Shown here one piece after another: positions 16,017 to 22,987 of a stretch of DNA of 27,633 bases (positions are counted from its first letter, which is position 1; the number at the start of each line of letters is the position of its first letter). The DNA is taken from IMG/VR virus record IMGVR_UViG_3300037511_000099, positions 1 through 27,633 of that record, one strand, 5' to 3'. The notes under the pieces are model-generated. The model saw nothing but the letters and a program-made list of their open reading frames with translations, made no database searches and had not been told where the DNA came from. Made by a program: the position numbers and the translations under genes. Origin of the DNA: a virus. Its lineage: Duplodnaviria > Caudoviricetes.

Positions 16017-16510
16017 GCCGCCGCCTCCAAATGCTCGGGCTCGACCTCAAGCTTGCACCACTGCGTTTCGACAATGGCCTTGCGCTTCGACACGCTCAGT
16101 ACTCTAGCGAAGAACCCTGACCACTTCCCGCTCTTTATCTTCACCTTGTCGCCACTATGCGGTTGGTACGCAGGCGGCGTTTTGGTATAATCGAGCGCGC
16201 CGAACATCTCGGCCAGGAGGATCGGAACCAGGGCGTCATCGTGCAGCCTGAGCGCCGCTCGGTTGCCGGCGTTGTCGGTGTAGCGCACGAAGTCGTGGAC
16301 CTCAGGCAAGGCCAGGATCGCCGCAAACGCCTCGGGCTCACACCGGACGAACAGGTAGCCCACGAACACCGGCCGGAAGAGCTTCACCTTCGGCTTGTTG
16401 CCCCGCCTCCGCTCAACCGTCTCGCACGGCACATAGGCCAGACACAGGCCCCGCAAAGCCTCTTCCGCCTTCAACGCATCCCAGGCGCTTAGCGCGTACC
16501 AGTGTCCCAT
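16013..16510 (-). CDS. NusG-paralogue transcription antiterminator (NGN + KOW), 165 aa
   Basis: 'WYAL...AYVP...RPVFVGYLFV' NGN domain and 'GDKVKIKSGKWSGFFARV' KOW motif. Occupies the position of lambda Q. Confidence 0.88.
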   Translation of the reverse strand: MGHWYALSAWDALKAEEALRGLCLAYVPCETVERRRGNKPKVKLFRPVFVGYLFVRCEPEAFAAILALPEVHDFVRYTDNAGNRAALRLHDDALVPILLAEMFGALDYTKTPPAYQPHSGDKVKIKSGKWSGFFARVLSVSKRKAIVETQWCKLEVEPEHLEAAA

Positions 16511-16513
16511 ATC

Positions 16514-16690
16514 TCAAATCCCCTCGGCCTGGGTGATGGTGGGGCCACTTGCCACGAGCGCAGCCTCCTCGGCGTAGTCCTCCATTTCCTCCTCATCGAG
16601 GATGGTCATGGTTTCCTCGATCCAGAGCTTGCGGAGGTGTTCGAGCGCGGCTTGGCTGTGGTCTGCAATGTGGGTGATGCGAGCGGTCAT
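16514..16690 (-). CDS. Small acidic hypothetical protein, 58 aa (not in ORF track)
   Basis: MTARITHIADHSQAALEHLRKLWIEETMTILDEEEMEDYAEEAALVASGPTITQAEGI*; ATGA overlap with the MTase stop. Confidence 0.6.
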   Translation of the reverse strand: MTARITHIADHSQAALEHLRKLWIEETMTILDEEEMEDYAEEAALVASGPTITQAEGI

Positions 16691-16806
16691 GCCGCACCCA
16701 GGAGAGACTGCTGAACGGGCTTAGGCTCGGGCTCAGCGAACAGCCGGGGCTGGCGGTAAGCCTCCTCGATGCGGCGGCAAGCGATGTCGAAGTAGGTCGG
16801 CTCGCG
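16687..16806. repeat. Direct repeat: 3' end of MTase B, matching 20520-20639
   Basis: 120 bp with 5 mismatches by manual alignment, all synonymous. Confidence 0.92.
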
Positions 16807-17379
16807 CTCGATGCCGATGAATTTCGCGCCAGCCCGCACACACGCCACGCCGGTGCTAGCCGAGCCCATGAACGGGTCAAGGATCGGGCCGGTCCGCACT
16901 TTCTCGGGCACCTGCAACAGGCACCACTCCATGAGGCGGACGGGCTTTTGTGTCGGGTGATCTGTGCCGTCGATAAGCAGCTCGACCCGGTTCAGCTCGC
17001 GGATGCGCAGCGCCCCGCCGATATTGGTCCAGGCGAGTTCGCCGTCCGACTGATTGATCCGCTGCCCTTTGTCCCAGACCAGCCATTTGTCAGTCGGTGG
17101 CAGGAGGTCGGCGAAGTAGTTTCCGCCCCAGATGATCGTGGGGACGCTCATATTGAGGAGCGCGGCAAACACCTCGGAGGGGGGACGGCTCGCGTCCCAA
17201 TTCTTGAAGGCGTGCGCCTTGCGTCCGCCGTTTCCTCCGGTCGTGCGCTTCTGGCCGTCGCGTCCGATCCCATAGGGCGGGTCGGTAATGATCGCGCCAG
17301 CAGTCCGCAGCGTCGGCAGGATGTCCCGGCAGTCGCCCAGATGGAGAACCGCATCGCCGATCTGCTCGCTGCGGCTCAC
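16687..17379 (-). CDS. DNA methyltransferase, N6A/N4C beta-class (copy B), 230 aa
   Basis: 'GDC', catalytic DPPY, 'HPTQKP', then SAM-binding 'LDPFMGSASTG'. Confidence 0.93.
   Translation of the reverse strand: MSRSEQIGDAVLHLGDCRDILPTLRTAGAIITDPPYGIGRDGQKRTTGGNGGRKAHAFKNWDASRPPSEVFAALLNMSVPTIIWGGNYFADLLPPTDKWLVWDKGQRINQSDGELAWTNIGGALRIRELNRVELLIDGTDHPTQKPVRLMEWCLLQVPEKVRTGPILDPFMGSASTGVACVRAGAKFIGIEREPTYFDIACRRIEEAYRQPRLFAEPEPKPVQQSLLGAA
17309..17361. repeat. Direct repeat: 5' region of MTase B, identical to 21142-21194
   Basis: 53-bp perfect match agcgtcggcaggatgtcccggcagtcgcccagatggagaaccgcatcgccgat. Confidence 0.95.
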
Positions 17380-18041
17380 GATCGCCTCGCCAGGACTTCG
17401 CGCATCTGGGGCGTGATGCCAGTTTCGTCGGGCTTTCCGGCGATGCTGGGCAGCTGTGATTGGTCCTTCGCCGACGTCCGGCCTGCCCGGTAGTCTTCAA
17501 GCCACTGCTTGACCGCGGCGGGATCTGCCGGCGGGTTCGGCGGCGTGTAGTCCGGCAGGCGCTCATCGGCCAAGGCGATCGCCCGGCTGGCCCGATTGAA
17601 CCGCTGCAGCGACCGACAGGGCGCCGTAAACGCCAACTCCCGCAGCCTCCCCGGCTTCGGCATGAACTCGCTGTCCGGCAACGCCACGTAGGCCCGCATC
17701 GCCGCCTCCAGCGAGGCCAGGCCCACGTCGGCCAGGACGTCGAAGTAGTCCGCCCACCAGGCGTCCCACTCGCCTTCGCTGCGGGCCGGTTGAGGATAGG
17801 TCGCCAGCCGGCGGCCGATCACCGCCCTGACGCCGTCCTCCCCCGCCTTGGCGAACGCCACGTTGCGCAGGGCCGGAAGGGCTTGGCGGACCTCGTCCAG
17901 AAGCGCTGGGCAGCCGATGATTTCCCGCGCCGCCAGGTCAGGGCTCCCAGCGCTGTCGAGAAGCTGAGTCAGCTCCGGCGAAAGCACGGGCGAGGTTGGC
18001 TTGGCGGGCCTCGTATTTTGCGTCGTGGTGAGGTCGTTCAT
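17376..18041 (-). CDS. Replication-module protein (lambda P-position; possible helicase loader/inhibitor), 221 aa
   Basis: Follows the initiator; 'WWADYFDVLAD...LEAAMRAYV...EFMPKPGRLR' resembles the 'F.P.p.ei' motif of such proteins. Confidence 0.6.
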   Translation of the reverse strand: MNDLTTTQNTRPAKPTSPVLSPELTQLLDSAGSPDLAAREIIGCPALLDEVRQALPALRNVAFAKAGEDGVRAVIGRRLATYPQPARSEGEWDAWWADYFDVLADVGLASLEAAMRAYVALPDSEFMPKPGRLRELAFTAPCRSLQRFNRASRAIALADERLPDYTPPNPPADPAAVKQWLEDYRAGRTSAKDQSQLPSIAGKPDETGITPQMREVLARRS

Positions 18042-18591
18042 GGGCTTTTCGGGTGCTGAGGTCGATCACCTGGGGGGCTTCGTCGTTCCATCGCTCGCCG
18101 TTGAGCCAGGTGGCGGCGTGCGGGATGAACTGCGCGTCTCCCCACCCGGCCTTCGCCCGCTCCAGGCCACCGATCAGGATTTGCTCCTCGTCGAACGGCG
18201 GGAGTTTGCGCCAAGCCTTGGCGAAGGCTTTCCGAGCTGCGGCCTTGCCCTCTCGGCGGGGGTAGGCCGTCCAGAACCTGCCGAAAGCCGGCTCCTCGCG
18301 AGCGTCTCGCGCCTGCGTAGATATACTCTCCCGGGTATGGGGGTGGGTTTGGGGGGTCTGGGGGGAAAGGGCGGGGGAAAGGGGCTGTCCCGATTTGTCC
18401 CCGCCGTGTCCCGGGACAGTCCCGGGACCGTCCCCTTTGGCCAGACGCTGACGGCGCTTCTTGTCGCGCGCGGCCTCGCGGCGAGCGGCGTCCTTGCCCT
18501 CTGCGGCCTCAACAGCTTCCACGGCCAGCGCAATAGCCTCGGCTGGGGCGCCGGCCTCTGCCATTGATCTGATGAGGGCCGCGATGCTCAT
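17938..18591 (-). CDS. Phage replication initiator (O-like), 217 aa
   Basis: 'R...RDKKRRQR' helix, iteron-encoded low-complexity linker, C-terminal 'FGRFWTAYPRREGKAAARKAF...FIPHAATWLNGERWND'. Confidence 0.85.
   Translation of the reverse strand: MSIAALIRSMAEAGAPAEAIALAVEAVEAAEGKDAARREAARDKKRRQRLAKGDGPGTVPGHGGDKSGQPLSPALSPQTPQTHPHTRESISTQARDAREEPAFGRFWTAYPRREGKAAARKAFAKAWRKLPPFDEEQILIGGLERAKAGWGDAQFIPHAATWLNGERWNDEAPQVIDLSTRKAHERPHHDAKYEARQANLARAFAGADSASRQRWEP
18387..18434. repeat. Replication origin iterons: five GTCCC repeats at 10-11 bp spacing
   Basis: GTCCC at 18387, 18397, 18408, 18419 and 18430; two form GTCCCGGGAC palindromes. Inside the initiator gene, as in lambda ori. Confidence 0.75.
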
Positions 18592-18595
18592 GCGG

Positions 18596-19066
18596 CTAGA
18601 ATTGCTCTGTTTGCTGCTCAGCGGGCGTTAGGCCCCCGAGATCGCTGTGCGCGAACCGCGAGATACCTGCGACACGCTGGGCTTTCGTGATCCCCAGGAG
18701 CCTGCGGGCGTGGCGAGCGTGGCCCCACATGACGGTCGTATGGTCACGACCGAAGAACCGCCCGATGTGCGGCAGAGACCAACGGTCTTCCTGGACCATG
18801 TGGTACATGGCCTCCTGCCTGGCCGGGATCAGGTAGGCGTGGCGCCGATCGCCAAGCATCTCTTCGAGCTTGACGCCATGCGCATGGGCGACCTGCCTGG
18901 CAATCTCCATCATGCTCGGGCCTGTCTTCCCGCGCATCTTGATGAACCGCACCGAGAACAGCTTCGGGTCGTAGTCGCCAGGAAAGCCCAGCGCGGCCGA
19001 AACATTCTGCACCGTGGCGCTGATGTTGATGGTGACGTTCGGTGATGGGATGGCTGCGACGCTCAT
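18596..19066 (-). CDS. DnaA C-terminal (domain IV)-like HTH protein, 156 aa
   Basis: 'ARQEAMY...SLPHIGRFFGRDHTTV' is the Bac_DnaA_C signature. ATG at 19066 is ATGA-coupled. Confidence 0.85.
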   Translation of the reverse strand: MSVAAIPSPNVTINISATVQNVSAALGFPGDYDPKLFSVRFIKMRGKTGPSMMEIARQVAHAHGVKLEEMLGDRRHAYLIPARQEAMYHMVQEDRWSLPHIGRFFGRDHTTVMWGHARHARRLLGITKAQRVAGISRFAHSDLGGLTPAEQQTEQF

Positions 19067-19230
19067 TTGGTTCCCCTGACTAGCCATGTGAAACCCCGCG
19101 GCGACGCGGCCAGGACCAGGCGCAAATGCCGGTCGTGGTCCGTCAGCACAGGGGCGTGTTCGTCTGCCAGGAAGCGGGCGCTGACTGGCTTGTGTTCGGT
19201 GTAGCGTCGGCCGTAGGAGTCGCCCTTCAT
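19063..19230 (-). CDS. Hypothetical protein, 55 aa
   Basis: MKGDSYGRRY...; ATGA overlaps at both ends. Confidence 0.55.
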   Translation of the reverse strand: MKGDSYGRRYTEHKPVSARFLADEHAPVLTDHDRHLRLVLAASPRGFTWLVRGTK

Positions 19231-19601
19231 GCGGCCACCGCCTGCGGTTCGGGCGAGGCTGGCTCTACGGACAGACGGATCTCGCCGCCCTTTACCGGCG
19301 GGGAGACAGACCAAGCGACGTAGATCGACACCGCCTTGGCGTCGTCCTCGATGATGCCGGCCTTCTTCAGCGTGTCGGAGATTGGTTTGACCAAGTTGTC
19401 GAGGTCACGGGCTCGGTTGTCCGGCCGGACGGCTGTGATGGTCAGGCGGTAGGCGCCAGGGACGTGCTGGGGCTTCTGGGCCTTCAGCTCCCACAGGGCG
19501 CGTTCGATCCACGCCCGATAGGTCAGCGACTTCACGCGACCCTTGGGGACGTTGAGGAACAGGTTGTTCGCAGTCGGCGGATAGGGAAGCGTGAGGATCA
19601 C
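19227..19601 (-). CDS. rusA: RusA-family Holliday junction resolvase
   Basis: 'LPYPPTANN', 'RPDNRARDLDNLVKPISDTLKKAGIIEDD'. Confidence 0.92.
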   Translation of the reverse strand: MILTLPYPPTANNLFLNVPKGRVKSLTYRAWIERALWELKAQKPQHVPGAYRLTITAVRPDNRARDLDNLVKPISDTLKKAGIIEDDAKAVSIYVAWSVSPPVKGGEIRLSVEPASPEPQAVAA

Positions 19602-19762
19602 CCCCGCCGCTCCAAGGCGTGATGCACGAAGGCCGATTTCGCCTTCTTCAGGTGCTCCACGGGCTGGTGAGCGGCGCGGGCGGCCTTGATCCTGTCGTCA
19701 AAGTCCTTGACCATCGCATTGAAGCGGGCGCGGACCACGTAGCGTCGAAGCGCTCTGAGCAC
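19598..19762 (-). CDS. Hypothetical basic protein, 54 aa (not in ORF track)
   Basis: MLRALRRYVVRARFNAMVKDFDDRIKAARAAHQPVEHLKKAKSAFVHHALERRG*. Strong GGGAGGG RBS and GTGA overlap with rusA. Confidence 0.65.
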   Translation of the reverse strand: MLRALRRYVVRARFNAMVKDFDDRIKAARAAHQPVEHLKKAKSAFVHHALERRG

Positions 19763-19822
19763 TGTACCCTCCCCTTACTCCCCCCTGCCCATCTACGGTC
19801 GGCAGGGAACACCGTTAGTCAG

Positions 19823-20278
19823 TCAGGCCAGACGCCCAGCTTCCGCAGAGCCCACCGCTCCAGCGCCGCGCCCCTTCCGCCCACCTTCGCGAGCGCCAGG
19901 AGGATCAGCCGCCAGACGCCGGTAGGCGGCCTGGGCAAGTTCTTCATGTTGTCGGGCACGGTCGGCTTCCTTGGCGGCCTGGCGCATTTGCTCTCGGAAG
20001 AACGTGTGGACCGGCTCACCGATCACTGCGCCGATCACCGGGAGCGCGAGCGCCCAACCGCCGGCGCGAATGATCTTCGTCACGGTCGCATCGCTGGCAT
20101 GGCCCTTCAGAAGGTTCGCCGCGGTGGACTTCGGAACGCCCCATGCCTTGGCCGCGTGCCCGCTCGTGTTCACCGGCCATGTACGGCGCGCATAGATCGC
20201 AAGGGCCTCCCGAAGGTCTCGGGAGAAAGGCAAGATCTGCCCGTCGAGGCTCATGATTCCGTCCGCTGTGAGGCTCAT
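19823..20278 (-). CDS. cII-like HTH regulator (putative), 151 aa
   Basis: HTH-like 'TSGHAAKAWGVPKSTAANLLKG'; located downstream of cro in the early-right operon. Confidence 0.6.
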   Translation of the reverse strand: MSLTADGIMSLDGQILPFSRDLREALAIYARRTWPVNTSGHAAKAWGVPKSTAANLLKGHASDATVTKIIRAGGWALALPVIGAVIGEPVHTFFREQMRQAAKEADRARQHEELAQAAYRRLAADPPGAREGGRKGRGAGAVGSAEAGRLA

Positions 20279-20304
20279 GGTTGAGGCCTGCACGGAGGGC
20301 GATC

Positions 20305-20517
20305 ATGGAGGAGCGGGACGACGGACTGACACAGGCTCGCCGCTGCCTGGAAGCTATGGCGGGCCAAGAGGAAGACGTTCGGGCGAGCTTGTGGCGATGC
20401 GCCGTCAAGTTCGCCGCGCGGGATAGAGCGAGCCGACCGAGCGCCTGGGAGAACCACGCTCGATCGGCTCTCGCGCTTGGCGCTGGGGTAGGCGCGGCGC
20501 GAATTGGAGAAGGGTGA
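20305..20517 (+). CDS. Hypothetical protein, 70 aa (antisense; competes with minus ORF 20275-20523)
   Basis: GGAGG RBS before ATG 20305; helical-looking sequence MEERDDGLTQARRCLEAM... Confidence 0.4.
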   Translation: MEERDDGLTQARRCLEAMAGQEEDVRASLWRCAVKFAARDRASRPSAWENHARSALALGAGVGAARIGEG

Positions 20518-20519
20518 TG

Positions 20520-21212
20520 TCATGCCGCCCCCAGGAGAGACTGCTGGACGGGCTTAGGCTCGGGCTCAGCGAACAGCCGGGGCTGGCGGTAGGCTTCCTC
20601 GATGCGGCGGCAGGCGATGTCGAAGTAGGTCGGCTCGCGTTCAACGCCGATGAACTTGCGGCCCAGATTGGCGCAGGCGACCCCGGTTGTTCCGGAACCC
20701 ATGAAGGGGTCGAGAACCTTCTCAGCGTCGGCTGGCAGTTGCCCGACACACCACGCCATAACCTCGATGGGCTTCTGCGACGGATGGCAGAACGTCCGAT
20801 TGTCGGCGTGACCGGCGCGCATCCCGCCGTCCCACACGTGAACCATGAATGCCGACTTGCCAAAGTCGCGCCAAGCCATCTCCGTAGTGGCATAGCTGCG
20901 CGCGTCGTTGGCGAAATCCAAGCCGCCACCGACTGGGCGCTTGCACCATGTCAGCCAACCTTCGGCGAGCGGCAGGCGGTCGGCGAAATACTGGCCGCCC
21001 CAAACTATGTTGTAGCGGCCCACGATGACGGCCAGAATGTCGAAGTCGATCACGTCACGCCACGGCTGGTCTTGGTGGGTGACGCGAGGCTTCCACCCAA
21101 TCCCGTACGGCGGATCGGTCACCACGGCATCGACCGGCCCGAGCGTCGGCAGGATGTCCCGGCAGTCGCCCAGATGGAGAACCGCATCGCCGATGTGCTC
21201 GATGCGGGCCAC
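20520..21212 (-). CDS. DNA methyltransferase, N6A/N4C beta-class (copy A), 230 aa
   Basis: 'GDC', DPPY, 'HPSQKP', 'LDPFMGSGTTG'. Confidence 0.93.
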   Translation of the reverse strand: MARIEHIGDAVLHLGDCRDILPTLGPVDAVVTDPPYGIGWKPRVTHQDQPWRDVIDFDILAVIVGRYNIVWGGQYFADRLPLAEGWLTWCKRPVGGGLDFANDARSYATTEMAWRDFGKSAFMVHVWDGGMRAGHADNRTFCHPSQKPIEVMAWCVGQLPADAEKVLDPFMGSGTTGVACANLGRKFIGVEREPTYFDIACRRIEEAYRQPRLFAEPEPKPVQQSLLGAA

Positions 21213-21304
21213 TACTTGTCCCCCAGGATCAGGAACAAGCCCCAGATCCCAATAGAGATCAGGAAGGCGGCTGAGCTGATGGCGAATGCGAGCAGGAGGT
21301 CCAT
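21212..21304 (-). CDS. Small membrane peptide, 30 aa (not in ORF track)
   Basis: MDLLLAFAISSAAFLISIGIWGLFLILGDK*. GGGAGG RBS; stop overlaps the GTG of MTase A. Confidence 0.6.
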   Translation of the reverse strand: MDLLLAFAISSAAFLISIGIWGLFLILGDK

Positions 21305-21450
21305 GTCAGGCCCTCCCCGCGTCGGCTACCCGACCCAACTGGTGGTTGGTAAACCGCCGGTATACTTTACCCCTCACGGTTGCGCTTGCCATACTCCCGC
21401 TTCGGGCGTTCCCTGTAGCGCTGGGACGCAGTTCGGGTGGGGTTGTGGCA

Positions 21451-21738
21451 GTGCAAGCGCGAGTAACCGAGCCGGAGGCGCAACTGCCTCCCCCTTCAGC
21501 GGAGTTGGTGATCGTACGAACCGGCGCCCAAGCGCTCATCCGAGCGCTGGGACCGCGCAAGGGACGGAAGTTCGTAAAGGAGTGGACGGCGCTCCTATCG
21601 ACCGAGAACAGCGTGAAGATGCTCTTCCCGTCGCAGCCCCAAGAGGATCGCGCTGCCGTCTCAGCGGTCCAGCAGCAAGCGCTCGCGTGGATGCGGGAGG
21701 CGCTGCCGGTGTTCATGGCTTCGATCCCCCCGGAATAG
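21451..21738 (+). CDS. Hypothetical protein, ~95 aa, convergent with cro
   Basis: GTG after a G-rich RBS; amphipathic helical sequence. Candidate promoter TTTACC-N18-CATACT (21366-21395) with extended TG. Confidence 0.55.
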   Translation: MQARVTEPEAQLPPPSAELVIVRTGAQALIRALGPRKGRKFVKEWTALLSTENSVKMLFPSQPQEDRAAVSAVQQQALAWMREALPVFMASIPPE

Positions 21739-21739
21739 G

Positions 21740-21940
21740 TCATGCGGCGCGGTCCGCCGAAATCTCGTTGATGGCCGCGCGGACCTTGCGAATGGTCCCC
21801 GTCAGCGGCTCCTTCCCCTCATGACGCCAGCGCCAGTAGGTGGTGCTGGCCACGCCAGCGCGCTTGAGCGCGACGGACATTGGGACGGCAACCCGTTGGG
21901 CCAGCTGTTCAAGCTCGATGACTTCGGGCGCGATGCTCAT
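21740..21940 (-). CDS. cro: Cro-like HTH repressor, 66 aa
   Basis: 'SVALKRAGVASTTYWRWR...P...TIRKV' HTH; divergent from the repressor gene. Confidence 0.82.
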   Translation of the reverse strand: MSIAPEVIELEQLAQRVAVPMSVALKRAGVASTTYWRWRHEGKEPLTGTIRKVRAAINEISADRAA

Positions 21941-21946
21941 GGGGCC

Positions 21947-22031
21947 AGTATGTGCACACGCGCACAGAAGTCAACCATTGCCTTGTGCGCACTCGCTCAG
22001 AGCGCCCCCGCACAATTCCGTGCACTACTCT
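21947..22031. promoter_or_regulatory. Right operator region: pR (TTGACT-N16-CATACT, minus), pRM-like -10 TACTCT (plus) and TGTGC-N6-GCACA operators
   Basis: TGTGCacacgcGCACA 21951-21966, TGTGCgcactcGCTCA 21984-21999, AGAGCgcccccGCACA 21999-22014. Confidence 0.78.
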
Positions 22032-22036
22032 GGTCG

Positions 22037-22420
22037 ATGGCTTCGCAGCCCAAATCCGCAGCGGTCGCAGAGTACCGGCGCCAGATCGCCCTCTACCTGG
22101 AGGCGGTTCAAATCCGCACGGGCTGGAAGCTGGTGAAGATGGGCGAGATGGCCGGCGGCTTGAAGCACACCACGATCTCTCGCGCGCTCAAGATGGAGAA
22201 CACCCTAGGCTTCCCTGCGCTCCTGGCCCTGGAAGCGGCCTCCAACACCTCAATACCCATGGCCTTGCGAGCCGCGGCCATTGCAGCACAGGCGCCACCA
22301 TCGCCGGCTCCGACAGAGGAAGAGCTGCAGAAGGTGGCCGACGATTTGATGGGCAAGTCCCCCGAATATCGGCGCGCGCTCCTTGAGGAATTGCAGCGGA
22401 GCCTAGCCAAGACCGGCTGA
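22037..22420 (+). CDS. cI: CI-like immunity repressor lacking the S24 peptidase domain, 127 aa
   Basis: HTH 'WKLVKMGEMAGGLKHTTISRAL'; divergent from cro and flanked by operator sets; short helical C-terminus. Confidence 0.72.
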   Translation: MASQPKSAAVAEYRRQIALYLEAVQIRTGWKLVKMGEMAGGLKHTTISRALKMENTLGFPALLALEAASNTSIPMALRAAAIAAQAPPSPAPTEEELQKVADDLMGKSPEYRRALLEELQRSLAKTG

Positions 22421-22447
22421 CCTGGCCTCCCTTTTTTTGAGCCGGAA

Positions 22448-22498
22448 TGTGCGGACGTGCACATTTCTATTGACCGCGTTCGTGCGTGCGTGCACAGT
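22448..22498 (+). promoter_or_regulatory. Left operator/promoter (pL-like): TTGACC -35 flanked by two operators
   Basis: TGTGCggacgtGCACA 22448-22463, CGTGCgtgcgtGCACA 22481-22496, TTGACC 22470-22475. Confidence 0.78.
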
Positions 22499-22531
22499 CT
22501 CCTCATCGAACACCCCGATGAGAGACCGCAG

Positions 22532-22987
22532 ATGGCCCGCAACCGCCAGCGTTGGATCGCCAGTCTCCATAAGCGCATCGTTTCCGACCAGGTGACGGGC
22601 TGCTGGATCTGGACGGGCGCTAAGAGCAGCCAAGGCTACGCGAAGGCCATCTATGATTGGCGCGTCTATCCCGTGCACAGGGTCCTGCTTGAAGAAAGCC
22701 TCGGGCCCATCGCGCCTGCCCTGCAGGTCGATCACCTGTGCCGCAACCGCGCGTGCTGCAACCCGGCCCATCTAGAGCCCGTCACCCAACGCGAGAACAT
22801 ACTGCGCGGCGAGAGCCCGTCAGCTCAGCACGCTCGCAAGACGCACTGCCCCCGAGGCCATGCCTACACGCCCGATAACACCTATCGGCGGGCCAGCGGC
22901 GCCCGGCGCTGCCGCTCCTGCACCCTCGCCAATAACCGGACCGCCGCTGGCCGCCGTGCCCACGAAGGAGAAAATCATGCCGTTTGA
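22532..22987 (+). CDS. HNH endonuclease with C-terminal Zn-binding motif, 151 aa
   Basis: 'GCWIWTGA...GY...HRV...VDHLCRNRACCNPAHLEPVTQREN...KTHCPRGH...RRCRSC'. Confidence 0.92.
   Translation: MARNRQRWIASLHKRIVSDQVTGCWIWTGAKSSQGYAKAIYDWRVYPVHRVLLEESLGPIAPALQVDHLCRNRACCNPAHLEPVTQRENILRGESPSAQHARKTHCPRGHAYTPDNTYRRASGARRCRSCTLANNRTAAGRRAHEGENHAV

Noticed and set aside
19783-19807. CCCTGCC/GGCAGGG hairpin after the cII-like gene as terminator or nut-like site
   Set aside because: 11-nt loop, no U-tract and no recognisable boxA; function unsupported.
19819-19947. 42-aa minus-strand ORF MKNLPRPPTGVWRLILLALAKV... overprinting the cII-like C-terminus
   Set aside because: Almost entirely nested in another frame with only a weak RBS; cannot be distinguished from chance without homologues.
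16687-20639. DGR-like template/variable repeat pair (MTase 3' repeats; 4 of 5 mismatches are A in one copy on the plus strand)
   Set aside because: On the coding strand these are synonymous third-position changes, not adenine-specific diversification, and there is no reverse transcriptase in the window.
22415-22438. Rho-independent terminator after the repressor (T7 run at 22432-22438)
   Set aside because: The preceding stem is weak (about 5 bp with GU pairs) and separated from the T run. Possible but not supportable.
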